The notes beneath the pieces were generated by a model, which saw only the letters and a program-made list of their open reading frames with translations, was not told where the DNA came from and searched no databases. A stretch of 64,000 bases of DNA. Origin: Gammaproteobacteria bacterium. Lineage in GTDB: Bacteria > Pseudomonadota > Gammaproteobacteria > Eutrophobiales > Eutrophobiaceae. Position numbers and translations under genes: made by a program. Every line of letters starts with the position of its first letter. Within the stretch, counting starts at the first letter, position 1. Positions 50,003 through 59,869 of the stretch are shown piece after piece. The stretch covers positions 2,336,001 through 2,400,000 of the forward strand of contig CBDCDS010000003.1 of the NCBI GenBank assembly GCA_965215365.1, read 5' to 3'.

Positions 50003-51746
50003 CGATCAGTGCGCTGAGCTTATCTAGGGGAACCGTCCTCCACAGACCCTTGTGATGTTTTTGCGTGGTATCAATATCGGTCTTGTCCAGGTCGGCCAGC
50101 AAGGCTGCGAGGGTGGCATTGGCGGGTCGTTCCACACTATCCGTCATGCTCCCTGCCATGATTGCCAATAACCGCTCGGCAGGGTCGCCACTTGCGGGGC
50201 GCGGGGGCAAGGCGTCCAGCACTGCGCTGACCATGCTCTTGACATCAACCGCTTCGAGCAATACGGGAATTTCCCTGACCGATACCAGGTGGTCGGCCAC
50301 CACGCGCAAGGACAGGCCCACGGCCTCCAGCAGCTCGGCATATTGCTCTGCCACATCGACCCGGTGCCGGCCAACATCGATATGCACCGGGACCAGCAAC
50401 GGCCGGCGCGCTATCGATTCATTCAGATAATCCTGCCTGAGCCGGTAACGCAGGATACAGGCACTGAGCGCGTGGCAGTTCAGCAGCACCAGATCGCCAT
50501 TACGCTGTGCGACTGCCAGACCCGGCGTTAGTGCCAGCCGGGGAATGCCGAGTCCGGCGGGCTTGGCGAGCAGGTCTTGCTGGGGTTGCCTGGCGGTGAG
50601 GTTCTGATAGAACAGGCTGGCTTCCCGCACCTGTGGCGGCGCTCGGTAGCCCTGCGGCGCATAGCTGTGCGGCTTGTCAGCAGCCGTAGTTTCGTCCTCG
50701 TGCAAAGCCAGTGCCGATGCCGCCTTGAGCGCATCGCGCAGACTCAAGTGGATAAAATCATGCACCACGCGGCTGTCCCGGAAACGGATTTCACTTTTGG
50801 TCGGATGCACGTTGATATCGGTGACCGCAGGATCGATATCCAGGTGCAACAAACAGGTCGGGTAACGCCCGGGCGGCAGGGTATCGGCGAATGCCGAACG
50901 CATTGCATGGAGGATTTTTTTGTCCCGTACCGCCCTGCCATTGACAAAACAGAATTGCCGGTCCGACTGGCTGCGGCTGAGCTCGCCGCCACCCAGCCAG
51001 CCCCACAACTTCATGCCCCGCGAGGTATAACTGACCGGAATGGATTGCGCCGCAAAATGGCGCCCGAATACCTCCTCCACCCGCTCCGCCATGTTATCCG
51101 CGCAGGCGCGATAGCGCAGCAGAGTCTTGCCGTTGTGCACCAGCTTGAAACCGATATTGAAGCGGCTGCAGGCCACGCGCTTGACCGTTTCGCTGATGTG
51201 GAGAAACTCCGTGGTCTGACTGCGCATGAATTTACGGCGCGCCGGCGTGGCCTGAAAAATATCCGCAGCCTGCACGGTAGTGCCGGGGGCGCGCGCCGCC
51301 GGCTTGAGTGCCGAATGTCCACTGACCGGGTCGAAGGACAAGGACCAGGCGGTCGCCGTCGCGGCACTTCTTGAGACCAGTAAAAACGAGGATACCGCGG
51401 CGATGCTGGCCAGTGCCTCACCGCGAAATCCCAGACTGGTGATACAGTCCAGATCGGACTGGGTATTGAGCTTGCTGGTGCTGTGGCGGCGCAGTGCCAG
51501 CTCCATATCATCGGGGTGGATGCCATGACCGTTATCGCGGACTTCGAGCAGCTTGTGGCCGCCATCGGTGACGGTCACCGTCACCTCATCAGCGCCGGCA
51601 TCAATGCTGTTATCCAGCAGTTCCTTAACCGCCGCCGCCGGTCGCTCGATAACCTCCCCGGCCGCGATCTGGCTGGCCAGGGTGGGCGGCAGTTCGGCGA
51701 TGCGGGGGGGTGATGTTGCGCGTCCCTTAATGATAGCAGAAGTCAG
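49995..51746 (-). CDS. mutL: DNA mismatch repair protein MutL (probable CTG start)
   Basis: QIAAGEVIERPAAAVKELLDNSIDAGA lies upstream of the tracked ORF start; GFRGEALASI; DINVHPTK. Confidence 0.92.
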   Translation of the reverse strand: MTSAIIKGRATSPPRIAELPPTLASQIAAGEVIERPAAAVKELLDNSIDAGADEVTVTVTDGGHKLLEVRDNGHGIHPDDMELALRRHSTSKLNTQSDLDCITSLGFRGEALASIAAVSSFLLVSRSAATATAWSLSFDPVSGHSALKPAARAPGTTVQAADIFQATPARRKFMRSQTTEFLHISETVKRVACSRFNIGFKLVHNGKTLLRYRACADNMAERVEEVFGRHFAAQSIPVSYTSRGMKLWGWLGGGELSRSQSDRQFCFVNGRAVRDKKILHAMRSAFADTLPPGRYPTCLLHLDIDPAVTDINVHPTKSEIRFRDSRVVHDFIHLSLRDALKAASALALHEDETTAADKPHSYAPQGYRAPPQVREASLFYQNLTARQPQQDLLAKPAGLGIPRLALTPGLAVAQRNGDLVLLNCHALSACILRYRLRQDYLNESIARRPLLVPVHIDVGRHRVDVAEQYAELLEAVGLSLRVVADHLVSVREIPVLLEAVDVKSMVSAVLDALPPRPASGDPAERLLAIMAGSMTDSVERPANATLAALLADLDKTDIDTTQKHHKGLWRTVPLDKLSALIDE

Positions 51747-52900
51747 TTCGTCGTTCCCCGCGCCGCCAGCAATGTATTCTCCGGCGGGTTCAGCTGGAAA
51801 TAACGCTTGATGCCGGTGGCGATGGCCTGGGCAAGTTTGCGCTGATAGGCGGAGCTGCGCAGCTTTTTTTCCTCCTGGGGATTGGAAATAAACGCAGTCT
51901 CGATGAGCATGGACGGGATGTCGGGCGATTTCAATACGGCAAAGGCTGCGTACTCCACTGCCGGCTTGTGCACTTTGCCCACCTCTTTCAACCCTGCTAG
52001 GACTTTTTCAGCCGCCTCAATGCTGGCTTCCTCACTGGCTGTCTGGGACATGTCCAGCAGTACCGATGCCAACTGATTGTCCTTGTCATCCAGGCTCACC
52101 CCACCCATCAGGTCGGAGGCATTTTCGCGCGCGGCCAGCCAGCGCGCGTGTTCGCTGCTGGCACCGCGGCTGGAGAGGATATATACGGACGAACCCCTGA
52201 CTTGCCTGTTAGTAAACGCATCGGCATGAATGGATATGAACAAATCCGCCTGCTGGCGGCGCGCCAGCTCCATGCGCTTGCGTAAGGGCACGTAATAATC
52301 ACCGGTTCTGGTCAGTACCGCCTTCAGCCCGCGCTCTTTGTTTATCCGCTTCACCAGTTCCCGGGCTATCTTCAGCACAACCGTCTTCTCGTAGGTGCCG
52401 CGTGGACCGATGGCACCCGGGTCTTCACCACCATGCCCGGCATCGACTGCGACTACGATATCGCGATACCCCGACGCCGGTGTGCGCTTTTTTACCAGCG
52501 GTTGCGGTTGCTCATCGGTGACATCCACCACCAGCCTGTGACCGTAGTGTTTATTGGGTTTAAGCAGGAAGCTCTTGGCCTTGACGCGTTGCTCCAGGTC
52601 CAACACGATCCTCAGAAAATCGTCGTGCTGCCCGTGCCGGAGCTCGCGCACATGGCCGTCGTGCAGCACCGGATAGGAAATTCGCGCTAACGGCGCAGTA
52701 TTTTTCAGATCGATAACAACCCGGTAGGGGCTGGACAGCAGTCTCAGTTCGTGCCTGATGGGAGCGCTCAGATCGAATACCACACGGGTATTATCGGGCG
52801 CCGCCCAGACCCGGATATTTTTCAGGCGCGCCGTCTCCTGTGCCGCCAAGGGCAGGGAAAAAATCAGGAGTAAACAATAAGTTGTGATTAATCGCAGCAT
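51743..52900 (-). CDS. amiB: N-acetylmuramoyl-L-alanine amidase (AMIN + Amidase_3)
   Basis: VDAGHGGEDPGAIG, FISIHADA, AFAVLKSPDIPSMLIETAFISN; tsaE-amiB-mutL synteny. Confidence 0.9.
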   Translation of the reverse strand: MLRLITTYCLLLIFSLPLAAQETARLKNIRVWAAPDNTRVVFDLSAPIRHELRLLSSPYRVVIDLKNTAPLARISYPVLHDGHVRELRHGQHDDFLRIVLDLEQRVKAKSFLLKPNKHYGHRLVVDVTDEQPQPLVKKRTPASGYRDIVVAVDAGHGGEDPGAIGPRGTYEKTVVLKIARELVKRINKERGLKAVLTRTGDYYVPLRKRMELARRQQADLFISIHADAFTNRQVRGSSVYILSSRGASSEHARWLAARENASDLMGGVSLDDKDNQLASVLLDMSQTASEEASIEAAEKVLAGLKEVGKVHKPAVEYAAFAVLKSPDIPSMLIETAFISNPQEEKKLRSSAYQRKLAQAIATGIKRYFQLNPPENTLLAARGTTN

Positions 52901-52964
52901 CTGCCAGCCGATTATTGTGGGCACTATACCGGCCATTATCTCAATCTTTTTTTAAGAAGTCAAG

Positions 52965-53471
52965 CTATCTGACTGTTTTTTTTGAAGTTGCATCAATTGA
53001 TATACGGTCACCTCTAAAAATTGAGGTGGCCGTAAGTTGTTGTAAGCATTCCCGGCCTGCTTCAGTCTGCGCCCGACAATTCAGGCTGCGCGCAGCCTGC
53101 TCTATGCTGATATTGATGGTTAAATCCGCAACGGGCAAGCTCGCCCCGCCCCGTTCCGGCCATTCCACCAGGCAGACGGCCCGGCCGTCGAAGTAGTCGC
53201 GACAACCGATGTCATCCAGTTCCGCAGCTGTGGTCAGACGGTACAGGTCGAAATGATACACGCCGGCGACCGGGTAATGTTCCACCAGGGTGTAGGTCGG
53301 ACTCTTGACCACGCCCTGGTAGCCAAGCCCGCGCAGCGCGCCCCGGACAAAGGTGGTCTTGCCGGCGCCCAGCTCCCCTTGCAAGTACAGCTTGAAGCCC
53401 GGTGACAGCTGTGCCGCGCAACAGGCCGCGAGTTGCTGCAGCTGTGCGGGGGTGGCAACGGTCAGGCGCAT
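52965..53471 (-). CDS. tsaE: tRNA threonylcarbamoyladenosine biosynthesis ATPase TsaE
   Basis: L.GELGAGKTT, VKSPTYTLVE.Y, HFDLYRL, VEWPE. Confidence 0.97.
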   Translation of the reverse strand: MRLTVATPAQLQQLAACCAAQLSPGFKLYLQGELGAGKTTFVRGALRGLGYQGVVKSPTYTLVEHYPVAGVYHFDLYRLTTAAELDDIGCRDYFDGRAVCLVEWPERGGASLPVADLTINISIEQAARSLNCRAQTEAGRECLQQLTATSIFRGDRISIDATSKKTVR

Positions 53472-54982
53472 GGCGCAGGCTGATGTGCAGAGTGATGCGC
53501 AGGGTGATGCGCGGGATTGACCAGCGTGCGCAACATCGGCAATAGCTCACCGGCCAGCAGGCCTCTTTCCCCCTGCGCCGCACACAGGTCTGCCGCATGA
53601 CCGTGCAGATACACCCCGCCGCGCGCGGCTACCTCCGGCGCCAAGCCCTGGGCCAGCAAGCCGGCGATGAGCCCGGTCAACACATCGCCCATGCCAGCGG
53701 TGGCCATGCCGGGGTTGCCGGTGGGGTTCAGGTAGCGCGGGCCGGCGGCCGCGGCCACCAGGCTGCCGGCCCCCTTGAGCACAACGACTCCGCCGAATTT
53801 ATCCTGTAACGATGACACCGCGGCAAAGCGGTCGGCCTGAAGCTCTGCCGTGGTCACGCCCAGCAGACCGGCGGCCTCACCAGGATGGGGCGTCAGCACC
53901 CAGTTGGCTCGGCGTTGCGGCTCAAGGGCCAGCAGCTTCAGGGCGTCGGCATCTACCACCAGGGGCAGCCGGGTCTGCAACACTGCGGCGAGCAACGCGC
54001 AGGCCCAATCCGACTGTCCCAGGCCAGGCCCGATGGCGACCACGCTGGCCCGATTCAGCAAGGGTGCCAGATCGGGCCCGGTGTGCACGGCGGCGCTCAT
54101 CAATTCAGGTTGATACAAAGGCACAGTACGGGCATGCTCCGGGCGCGTCGCCACCGTCACCAGACCGGCCCCACTCCTAGCCGCCGCGCATGCAGCTAAG
54201 AGCGCCGCGCCCTGGTAGCCGTAATCGCCACCCACGACCAGAACATGGCCATGGTGGCCCTTGTGGGCATCCCGCCGGCGCGCCAGCAGGTTGTGCGCAA
54301 CCTCCTGGTGGTCAATGAGGCAGGCATCCGCATTGACCGCAGCCCGGATAGTGGCGGGAGTGGCCAGATCGCGGTACAGTATGTCGCCGCAGTGCTCCGG
54401 CCCCTGGGCGGTGAACAGGCCACGCTTGAGCCCGATGAAGGTGACGGTGACGGCCGCCCTGATGGCATTGCCCATACAGGCCCCGGTGTCGGCGTTCAGG
54501 CCGGAGGGGAGGTCCAGCGCCAACGTCGGAATACCGGAGCGGTTGCTACGCTCGATGGCGGCGGCAAAAGTGCCGGTCACAGGACGGTTCAGACCACTGC
54601 CCAACAAGGCGTCAATAATGACCTCGGCGCCGTCCGGCGCAAAGGCGCTTGTCACCGGACCGGTTCGCAGGTAGTGGCGCGCGCAGGTCGCCGCATCGCC
54701 CTTGAGTTGACCCGGGTCTGCCAGCGCGCTGACCCGGACTTCCAGCCCGGCCTGCTGTGCCAGACGCGCCAACACGTAACCGTCGCCGGCGTTATTGCCT
54801 CCGCCACAGAGCACCAGCAGCCGCTTGGCCTCGGGGTAGCGCGCCCGCAGCGCCGCAAAGGCATCCGCCCCGGCCCGTTCCATCAGCGTGAGCGAGGGGA
54901 TGCCCTGCTCTGCCAGCGCGAGCCGTTCCAACTCCCGTACCTGGGCGGCGCTATATAGTTCCACAGGCAAGTCAGCGGCCAT
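53462..54982 (-). CDS. nnr: Bifunctional NAD(P)H-hydrate epimerase/dehydratase
   Basis: LMERAG, GNNAGDG, DLPSG, HKG..G, TPHPGEAA, GMGDVL. Confidence 0.96.
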   Translation of the reverse strand: MAADLPVELYSAAQVRELERLALAEQGIPSLTLMERAGADAFAALRARYPEAKRLLVLCGGGNNAGDGYVLARLAQQAGLEVRVSALADPGQLKGDAATCARHYLRTGPVTSAFAPDGAEVIIDALLGSGLNRPVTGTFAAAIERSNRSGIPTLALDLPSGLNADTGACMGNAIRAAVTVTFIGLKRGLFTAQGPEHCGDILYRDLATPATIRAAVNADACLIDHQEVAHNLLARRRDAHKGHHGHVLVVGGDYGYQGAALLAACAAARSGAGLVTVATRPEHARTVPLYQPELMSAAVHTGPDLAPLLNRASVVAIGPGLGQSDWACALLAAVLQTRLPLVVDADALKLLALEPQRRANWVLTPHPGEAAGLLGVTTAELQADRFAAVSSLQDKFGGVVVLKGAGSLVAAAAGPRYLNPTGNPGMATAGMGDVLTGLIAGLLAQGLAPEVAARGGVYLHGHAADLCAAQGERGLLAGELLPMLRTLVNPAHHPAHHSAHQPAPCA

Positions 54983-55026
54983 AGCGCATCACCAGTTCCA
55001 GACAGTCCCAGCTTCCGGCCTGTTCA

Positions 55027-56388
55027 TCAGAATAACCCGAATACCAGTACACACCCGACCGCAACCGGGGCGATGTAACGGGTGAGCAGGCGCCAGAGCC
55101 GGAACGCGGTATCGTTGCTGAGGCCCATCTCATTGCGTAACGTCCGTGCCGGGATGACCCAGCCGGCAAACAGGGCGATGAGCAGGGCCGTCAGGGGCAA
55201 CATCACGTTCGACACGGTGAATTCAAGGACATGGAACATGTTCTTGTCCTGATACAAGGGGATGAACGACAGCGGTTTGAACTCCTTGCTCAGGTTGAAG
55301 GAGAAGACTGCGCTGAGGCCGACCAGCCAGATGACGGTGCCACTGACCATCGACATGGTAAGACGTTGATAGCCCTTGTCTTCCAGGTATGACACAAACG
55401 GCTCCAGCATTACCAGAGAAGAGGTAAAGGCGGCAAAGAATACCAAGACAAAAAACACCACACCGAAAAAGTGGCCGGCGGGCATGCCCCCCAGCGCCAC
55501 CGGCAGGGTCACAAACATAAGCCCCGGCCCTCCCGCCGGGTCCAGACCGGACGCGAACACGATGGTAAACACAGCCAGACCACACAAGACAGCCGCCAGA
55601 GTATCGCTGAACGCAATCATCCAGGTCGGACCGGGCAAGGAGATGTCTTTGGACAAATAAGCGCCGTAGGTCAACAGCGCGCCAGTGCCCACGGTGATGG
55701 AAAACAGTGCTTGCCCCAACGCCATGAGCAGGCTGTTCCAGGTCAGGCTGGAAAAGTCCGGGTTGAACATGAATTGCCAGGCGCGCGCCGGCGCCCCTTG
55801 CAGATGCCCGTAAACCACCAGTGCGATGATCATGATGAACAGGGCCGGCAGCATGAAAGTAGTCACCGCTTCAATGCCGCGCTTGATGCCCCTGCCGATA
55901 ACCCCGACCGTGGCTGCCAGAAACAAGGTGTACCAGAGTATCAGGCGCTGGGGAGACGCCAGCAGGTCATCGAACTGTGCCACTGCGGCAGCCGGCGTCA
56001 TGTTGATAAAGGCGCCGCGCAGGGCCAGAAAGACATAGTCCAGCGACCAACCGGCGACTACGGCATAAAAACACAACCCGCAAACCGGCGCCATAATGCT
56101 GAGCCAACCGATACTCCTCCAGAACCTTGAGCGTCCACCCTCCTGGCACAGCCGCACCATGGTCAGCACCGGGCTCTTGCCGCCGCGCCGGCCCATGGCC
56201 AGCTCCGCCATAACCAGTGGCACACACAACAGCAGGATAATCAACAAATAGACGATAATGAATGCACCGCCGCCGTTTTCGCCGGCGACATAAGAGAAGC
56301 GCCACAGGTTGCCCAGCCCGATGGAGGCGCCCACCATGGCGCACAGGAAAGCAAATTTTGATGACCAGATTTTGGTTGGCGCGGACAT
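55027..56388 (-). CDS. Sodium-dependent transporter (NSS/SNF family)
   Basis: GASIGLGNLWRFSY.AGENGGGAF, GQALFS, GPGLMFV. Confidence 0.93.
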   Translation of the reverse strand: MSAPTKIWSSKFAFLCAMVGASIGLGNLWRFSYVAGENGGGAFIIVYLLIILLLCVPLVMAELAMGRRGGKSPVLTMVRLCQEGGRSRFWRSIGWLSIMAPVCGLCFYAVVAGWSLDYVFLALRGAFINMTPAAAVAQFDDLLASPQRLILWYTLFLAATVGVIGRGIKRGIEAVTTFMLPALFIMIIALVVYGHLQGAPARAWQFMFNPDFSSLTWNSLLMALGQALFSITVGTGALLTYGAYLSKDISLPGPTWMIAFSDTLAAVLCGLAVFTIVFASGLDPAGGPGLMFVTLPVALGGMPAGHFFGVVFFVLVFFAAFTSSLVMLEPFVSYLEDKGYQRLTMSMVSGTVIWLVGLSAVFSFNLSKEFKPLSFIPLYQDKNMFHVLEFTVSNVMLPLTALLIALFAGWVIPARTLRNEMGLSNDTAFRLWRLLTRYIAPVAVGCVLVFGLF

Positions 56389-56392
56389 GACT

Positions 56393-56695
56393 TAACCCGC
56401 ATATCTCACCAAGTCGTTTGTTGCCTTGTGAAACATAATTGCTCTCAATAAGTTATGGTAACCTCTAAACTCCCATGATCGGGGGTGCTGCACACCCCGA
56501 CAGTATGTAAATTTTGAAAATTTACATAGCAAAAATACCCTCCGTGGCATTTTATGATGCGTCCCATCCCCGGGACGCCCCCTGCGGGCATGTGCTTGTT
56601 CAACCATAGCTACCGCTATGCTCATCGTCGCCGGCACCCGCAGGCAGAACCAATCCGGCGCGATCTTCGCATCACTTGGTGAGATCTGCGGGTTA
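56393..56695. mobile_element. MITE-A with nested MITE-B (from 56457)
   Basis: TAACCCGCATATCTCACCAAG...CTTGGTGAGATCTGCGGGTTA; GGTAACCTCTAAAC follows AAGTTAT as at 2353. Confidence 0.78.
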
Positions 56696-56758
56696 AGTGC
56701 TCAGTCCGATGACAGGAGCAGTATAATACCACCGAAAAATTCAGGACACACTCACACA

Positions 56759-58387
56759 ATGACTCTGATGACCGGCGCTGAGGCGCTTATCAATTCGCTG
56801 CGCCAGTACGGCGTCGATACCCTGTTCGGCTTGCCGGGAGCGCAGACCTATCACCTGTTTGACGCGGTTTACAACGCCGGCGACAGCCTTCGCATCTTCA
56901 ATGCCCGCCATGAGCAGGGCGTAGCCTACATGGCCTATGGTTATGCCCGCGCCACCGGCAAGGTGGGGGTTTATAGCGTTGTTCCCGGCCCTGGTGTGTT
57001 GAACACCGCCGCGGCCCTGTCCACCGCGTATGCCGGCAATGAACGGGTGCTGTGTCTGGCCGGGCAGATCCCGTCGGCATGGATCGGCAAAGGGGTTGGT
57101 TTTCTGCACGAAATACCGGATCAGCCGGGCATCCTGCAACGCCTGACCAAGTGGTCGGCGTGCGCAGCAACGCCAGCTGCGACCCCGCGCCTGGTCGAAC
57201 AGGCGTTCCGGGAGATGCACTGTGGCCGCCCGCGCCCGGTCGCCCTGGAGATGGCGCCGGACGTGATGGGCGAGAAGCAACAGGTGGCGCTACTGCCGCC
57301 GGCGCCGCCCCCGCAGCCGCAGCCGGCCGACCCGGAGCTGATTGAAGCCGCGGCGCGTCTGCTCGGCAAGGCCAGGAACCCGCTCATCGTCATCGGCCAT
57401 GGTTGCGTGGAAGCCGGTGCCGAGCTGCTGCAGGTGGCGGAACTGCTGCAAGCTCCGAGCACGACCCTGTGGAATGGCAAGGGCATCATCGACGACCGGC
57501 ATTACCTGAGCCTGCCCTACAGCGCCGGCCATCAGCTCTGGGGCACGGCAGATGTGGTGCTGGCAGTCGGCACCCGGCTGGACAACCCGCAACTGCAATG
57601 GGGCCTGGACGCTGACCTGAAGATCGTCCGCATCGACATCGACCCGGCACAGCTGGCAAATATCGCCACACCGGCGGTCGGTATCGTCGCCGACGCCAAA
57701 ACTGCCCTGACAGACCTGACCGCCGCCCTGGTGCGCCACAATATCGCCCGTCAATCACGTGTGCAGGAATTGACCGAACTGAAGACAGCCACATTTGCCC
57801 AATATGAGCGGCAGGTCGGTCCGCAGCTGCGTATCCTGAAGGTTATCCGGGAAGAACTGCCCGAAGATGGCTTTTTAGTGGATGAGGTCACCCAGGTGGG
57901 CTATGTCTCATGGTATGCGTTTCCCGTGTACCGCCCCCGGCATTTTATCAGCAGCAGCTACCAGGGCAACCTGGGCTACGGTTACACCACCGCCCTGGGC
58001 GCGCAGGTTGCGCATCCCGATAAAAAAGTCGTGGCACTGGGCGGCGACGGCGGCTTCATGTATCAGGCTACGGAACTGGCGACCGCAGTGAAATACCGCC
58101 TGAACCTGGTGAACATCGTCTTTAATAACAACGCCTACGGCAATGTGCAACGCGACCAGCAGGAGAAGTTCGGCGGTAACGTCATCGGCGCCGACCTCAC
58201 CAACCCGGATTTCGTGCGCTTCGCCGAGAGCTTCGGCGCGCCGGGTTTCCGCGCAGAAACCCCGGCACAACTGCGTCAGGCCCTCAAAGCCGCCTTCAAG
58301 GAACCCGGCCCGGCGCTGATTGAAATGCCCGGCGCCAACATGCCCAGCCCCTGGCCCTATATCCTGCTGCCCCGGGTGCGGGGCTGA
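56759..58387 (+). CDS. Thiamine pyrophosphate-dependent enzyme (acetolactate synthase-like)
   Basis: MTGAEAL, FGLPG, RHEQG, PGPG, GDGGF...NNNAYG. Confidence 0.92.
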   Translation: MTLMTGAEALINSLRQYGVDTLFGLPGAQTYHLFDAVYNAGDSLRIFNARHEQGVAYMAYGYARATGKVGVYSVVPGPGVLNTAAALSTAYAGNERVLCLAGQIPSAWIGKGVGFLHEIPDQPGILQRLTKWSACAATPAATPRLVEQAFREMHCGRPRPVALEMAPDVMGEKQQVALLPPAPPPQPQPADPELIEAAARLLGKARNPLIVIGHGCVEAGAELLQVAELLQAPSTTLWNGKGIIDDRHYLSLPYSAGHQLWGTADVVLAVGTRLDNPQLQWGLDADLKIVRIDIDPAQLANIATPAVGIVADAKTALTDLTAALVRHNIARQSRVQELTELKTATFAQYERQVGPQLRILKVIREELPEDGFLVDEVTQVGYVSWYAFPVYRPRHFISSSYQGNLGYGYTTALGAQVAHPDKKVVALGGDGGFMYQATELATAVKYRLNLVNIVFNNNAYGNVQRDQQEKFGGNVIGADLTNPDFVRFAESFGAPGFRAETPAQLRQALKAAFKEPGPALIEMPGANMPSPWPYILLPRVRG

Positions 58388-58456
58388 AAACGGGGGGTTG
58401 CATTATTCCATACGCCGGGCTATACTCCGGCAGTATCATAACCAAGGAGAGCCCCC

Positions 58457-58660
58457 ATGCTAGGAGTTGTGAAGAAATACCTTGAGAAAGACAAATACCG
58501 GCGTGCAGATGAGATGCTGGAGAGGGCTGCAACAGCTTTTTTCAACAATCCGGAAGTTCAGGAAATCCTGAGAACAAACCCCGAGTCAGAGAAAATTCTC
58601 AACGACGCTCTTAAAGACCAAATACAGACAAGGAAGAAATGGATGAGCAAAAATACCTGA
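58457..58660 (+). CDS. Small hypothetical protein
   Basis: AAGGAG SD; upstream TTGCAT-17-TATACT promoter; low GC. Confidence 0.55.
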   Translation: MLGVVKKYLEKDKYRRADEMLERAATAFFNNPEVQEILRTNPESEKILNDALKDQIQTRKKWMSKNT

Positions 58661-58959
58661 GATTCGGAAACGCGATAAAAGCCGCATTTCACATCAACAA
58701 CGAAAACAAGCGTAATATTGTTATTGACTGCTTGATCAGGAATCTCCAGGAGCACACAGAAACCAACGCCGAACTCGGAGTACGGTTATTGGGTCATTGC
58801 ATTTCGATTCTGGTTGCCGCAGCATTCAGTATCTTGCTGATTTGGTTGCTTTATGATGCGTACAAAGCTGAGTATTTTGATTTCTTCAAAATGCTGCTAA
58901 GTTCAAGCCTTGTTGGTATCGTAGTAGGTGGTGTTGCGACTTATTTCATCAAGAAATAA
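58639..58959 (+). CDS. Small two-TM hypothetical membrane protein
   Basis: Two C-terminal hydrophobic helices; overlaps previous gene; low GC. Confidence 0.55.
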   Translation: MDEQKYLRFGNAIKAAFHINNENKRNIVIDCLIRNLQEHTETNAELGVRLLGHCISILVAAAFSILLIWLLYDAYKAEYFDFFKMLLSSSLVGIVVGGVATYFIKK

Positions 58960-58961
58960 GG

Positions 58962-59810
58962 TCAGATTATCAACTGGAATTCGCATTTGTATTGCAATGG
59001 AATCAGGTGCATTTTTTCAAGCTGCTCAACTGAAAGATAAAAAATACCCCCGCTTCTGGAATTTGGATTGAACTCGAATATACGATCAATCCGATAATTC
59101 TCTCTATTTTCACGCGCACATTTCATCTCGTTGGCAGTAATGAAGAATCCACTATCTTTCTCGCGCAATGTTGTTTTAACCTCGATGAGTATTTCTGCAC
59201 CATTAGGTTCATAAGATAATACATCGTACCCTGCTCCGTCTCCCCAATCTTTGGAAACATGTATAATTTTCTCGGCCAGTGCATGCTTATTCGCTTCGCG
59301 CAGCTTCTTTTTCTCAAATTCAACGACCGTTTCCTCCCCTGCCATACCAATCTCCCTAGCTCGGTTACTTGTTAGATTGACCCAATAATTTCCATGCGAA
59401 GCATTGCTCACAACATCATATTGTTCCTCAGCGAAATCAGGTGGTTCTACCAAGATTAGTTCGCCATTATCAGATTTTGATTCCCCCAAAATAAACAAAC
59501 TTTCCTGATCAAACATGAAACCTTTCGCGTATGCGCATATGGGACATTTATGTCTTTGGATACCACCCTGATTCTCGTGGATTCTGTTGATTGCTGACAA
59601 TCGCGCAGCCTTACCATGTTCACACCTGTAAATATCAGAGGCGGCAGGCCACCAGCCCGATTGTGCGTCTTCAAGCCCCTGTTGGAACGCACAATGACAA
59701 CATTTGTGGCGTCCCGGCCCCGCCTGAGACTCTGGTAATCCTAACAGTTCTTGCTCTGGTGCCGTTTTTCCTATTTCACATTGTGGTAGTGCATCCGGGT
59801 TCCGCATCAT
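58962..59810 (-). CDS. DUF3883 (NO VEIN C-terminal) PD-(D/E)xK nuclease with tandem N-terminal Cys/His repeat
   Basis: IG.AGEE.V..FE, GDGAGYDVLSY, IEVKTT, FFITANE. Confidence 0.85.
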   Translation of the reverse strand: MMRNPDALPQCEIGKTAPEQELLGLPESQAGPGRHKCCHCAFQQGLEDAQSGWWPAASDIYRCEHGKAARLSAINRIHENQGGIQRHKCPICAYAKGFMFDQESLFILGESKSDNGELILVEPPDFAEEQYDVVSNASHGNYWVNLTSNRAREIGMAGEETVVEFEKKKLREANKHALAEKIIHVSKDWGDGAGYDVLSYEPNGAEILIEVKTTLREKDSGFFITANEMKCARENRENYRIDRIFEFNPNSRSGGIFYLSVEQLEKMHLIPLQYKCEFQLII

Positions 59811-59869
59811 CGTTGTCTACTCTTTAGGCGTGTCGCTATATTAGCAGTAAAAAAGCCACGACTTAAAAG

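Noticed and set aside
53478-53516. 12-bp repeats giving a PAHH tail on Nnr
   Set aside because: Short low-complexity extension overlapping the tsaE start; no sign of function
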